Below are positions 63,473-64,000 of a DNA stretch of 64,000 bases, one piece after another. The stretch lies in contig OZ296648.1 in NCBI GenBank assembly GCA_965655095.1, positions 155,682,001-155,746,000 on the forward strand, given 5' to 3'. The stretch comes from Haplodiscus bocki (taxonomy: Eukaryota). How positions within the stretch are numbered: the stretch's first letter is position 1; each line of letters starts with the position of its first letter. The position numbers and the translations under genes were made by a program. The notes under the pieces were generated by a model. It was not told the DNA's origin. It made no database searches and was given only the letters and a program-made list of their open reading frames with translations.

Positions 63473-63730
63473 GTAAAATCCAATTTCTTTCCCAAACGAA
63501 CATTTGCATGATTAAATTTTGATCACCTGAAAACATCAATGAATGAATACTTTAGTTATGTTTTTCTGAAAAAGCTGTAAAATTTATTTTGATTGATAGA
63601 CCATAGTTTTTTTCTGTAGTCGCAGAGGCTACAAGTGGTAAAAGCGGGTATATAAAGCTATAATTTGCGTCATGCTCAGCTATTAAACCTCGTGTGACTT
63701 ATTTTTTATGTATAATAGCGCTTTTTTTAG

Positions 63731-64000
63731 TCAAAGAAGTTTTCCGGAAGAAACCAAAATTAGAAAAGCGGCTTTCCAACGGAGACTTCTGTTCATCCAA
63801 ATCTGGATCGGCAGTTCATTCTACGTCGGAGGCTTTTGACGTGAAAAGGGGCGGAGCTTTATCTCACTGTGGGGGCGTCGCCACTGATGATGATAGCAGT
63901 CCAGAGTGTCTGGATCACACTGTACCCCTTACATGTCCCATCACTCGTCAGTTGATGCGCTACCCAGCCAGAGGAGACCAATGTGAACACATCCAGTGTT
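63731..64000 (+). CDS. ZMIZ1: ZMIZ-family coding exon 9 (SP-RING/MIZ zinc finger; runs off window end)
   Basis: Acceptor ctttttttag|TC, phase 1. Translates to IKEVFRKKPKLEKR...VPLTCPITRQLMRYPARGDQCEHIQC, matching the SP-RING consensus ([27 protein letters not shown]). Absent from the ORF track because it has no stop in the window. Confidence 0.92.

Overview
AT-rich animal (invertebrate-like) genomic DNA with spliceosomal introns. A + strand ZMIZ1/2 (Zimp/tonalli-like) SP-RING transcriptional co-regulator gene can be traced through 9 phase-consistent coding exons from ATG 27150 to the window end. One intron carries, 16 bp after its splice donor and in antisense orientation, a complete 15.66-kb envelope-bearing Ty3/Gypsy LTR retroelement (46891-62551). 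The element has a perfect 5-bp TSD (CTTCC), ~3.2-kb LTRs, a tRNA-Asn-type PBS, a PPT, a CCHC gag, a T-TTA-AAC -1 frameshift, PR-RT-RH-IN pol and an F-type env behind its own splice acceptor. The most notable findings are a TARG1/OARD1-type ADP-ribose macrodomain inserted in Pol between RNase H and integrase, and a mosaic LTR pair (first 1131 bp identical, remaining ~2.05 kb ~3% diverged). This copy is decayed (5 frameshifts, 1 nonsense codon, several missense changes). The rest of the window is intergenic or intronic DNA holding Helentron-associated (HINE-like) elements with minisatellite cores and tRNA-like segments, TIR MITEs and other dispersed repeats. All homology statements come from by-eye comparison with remembered sequences, not database searches.
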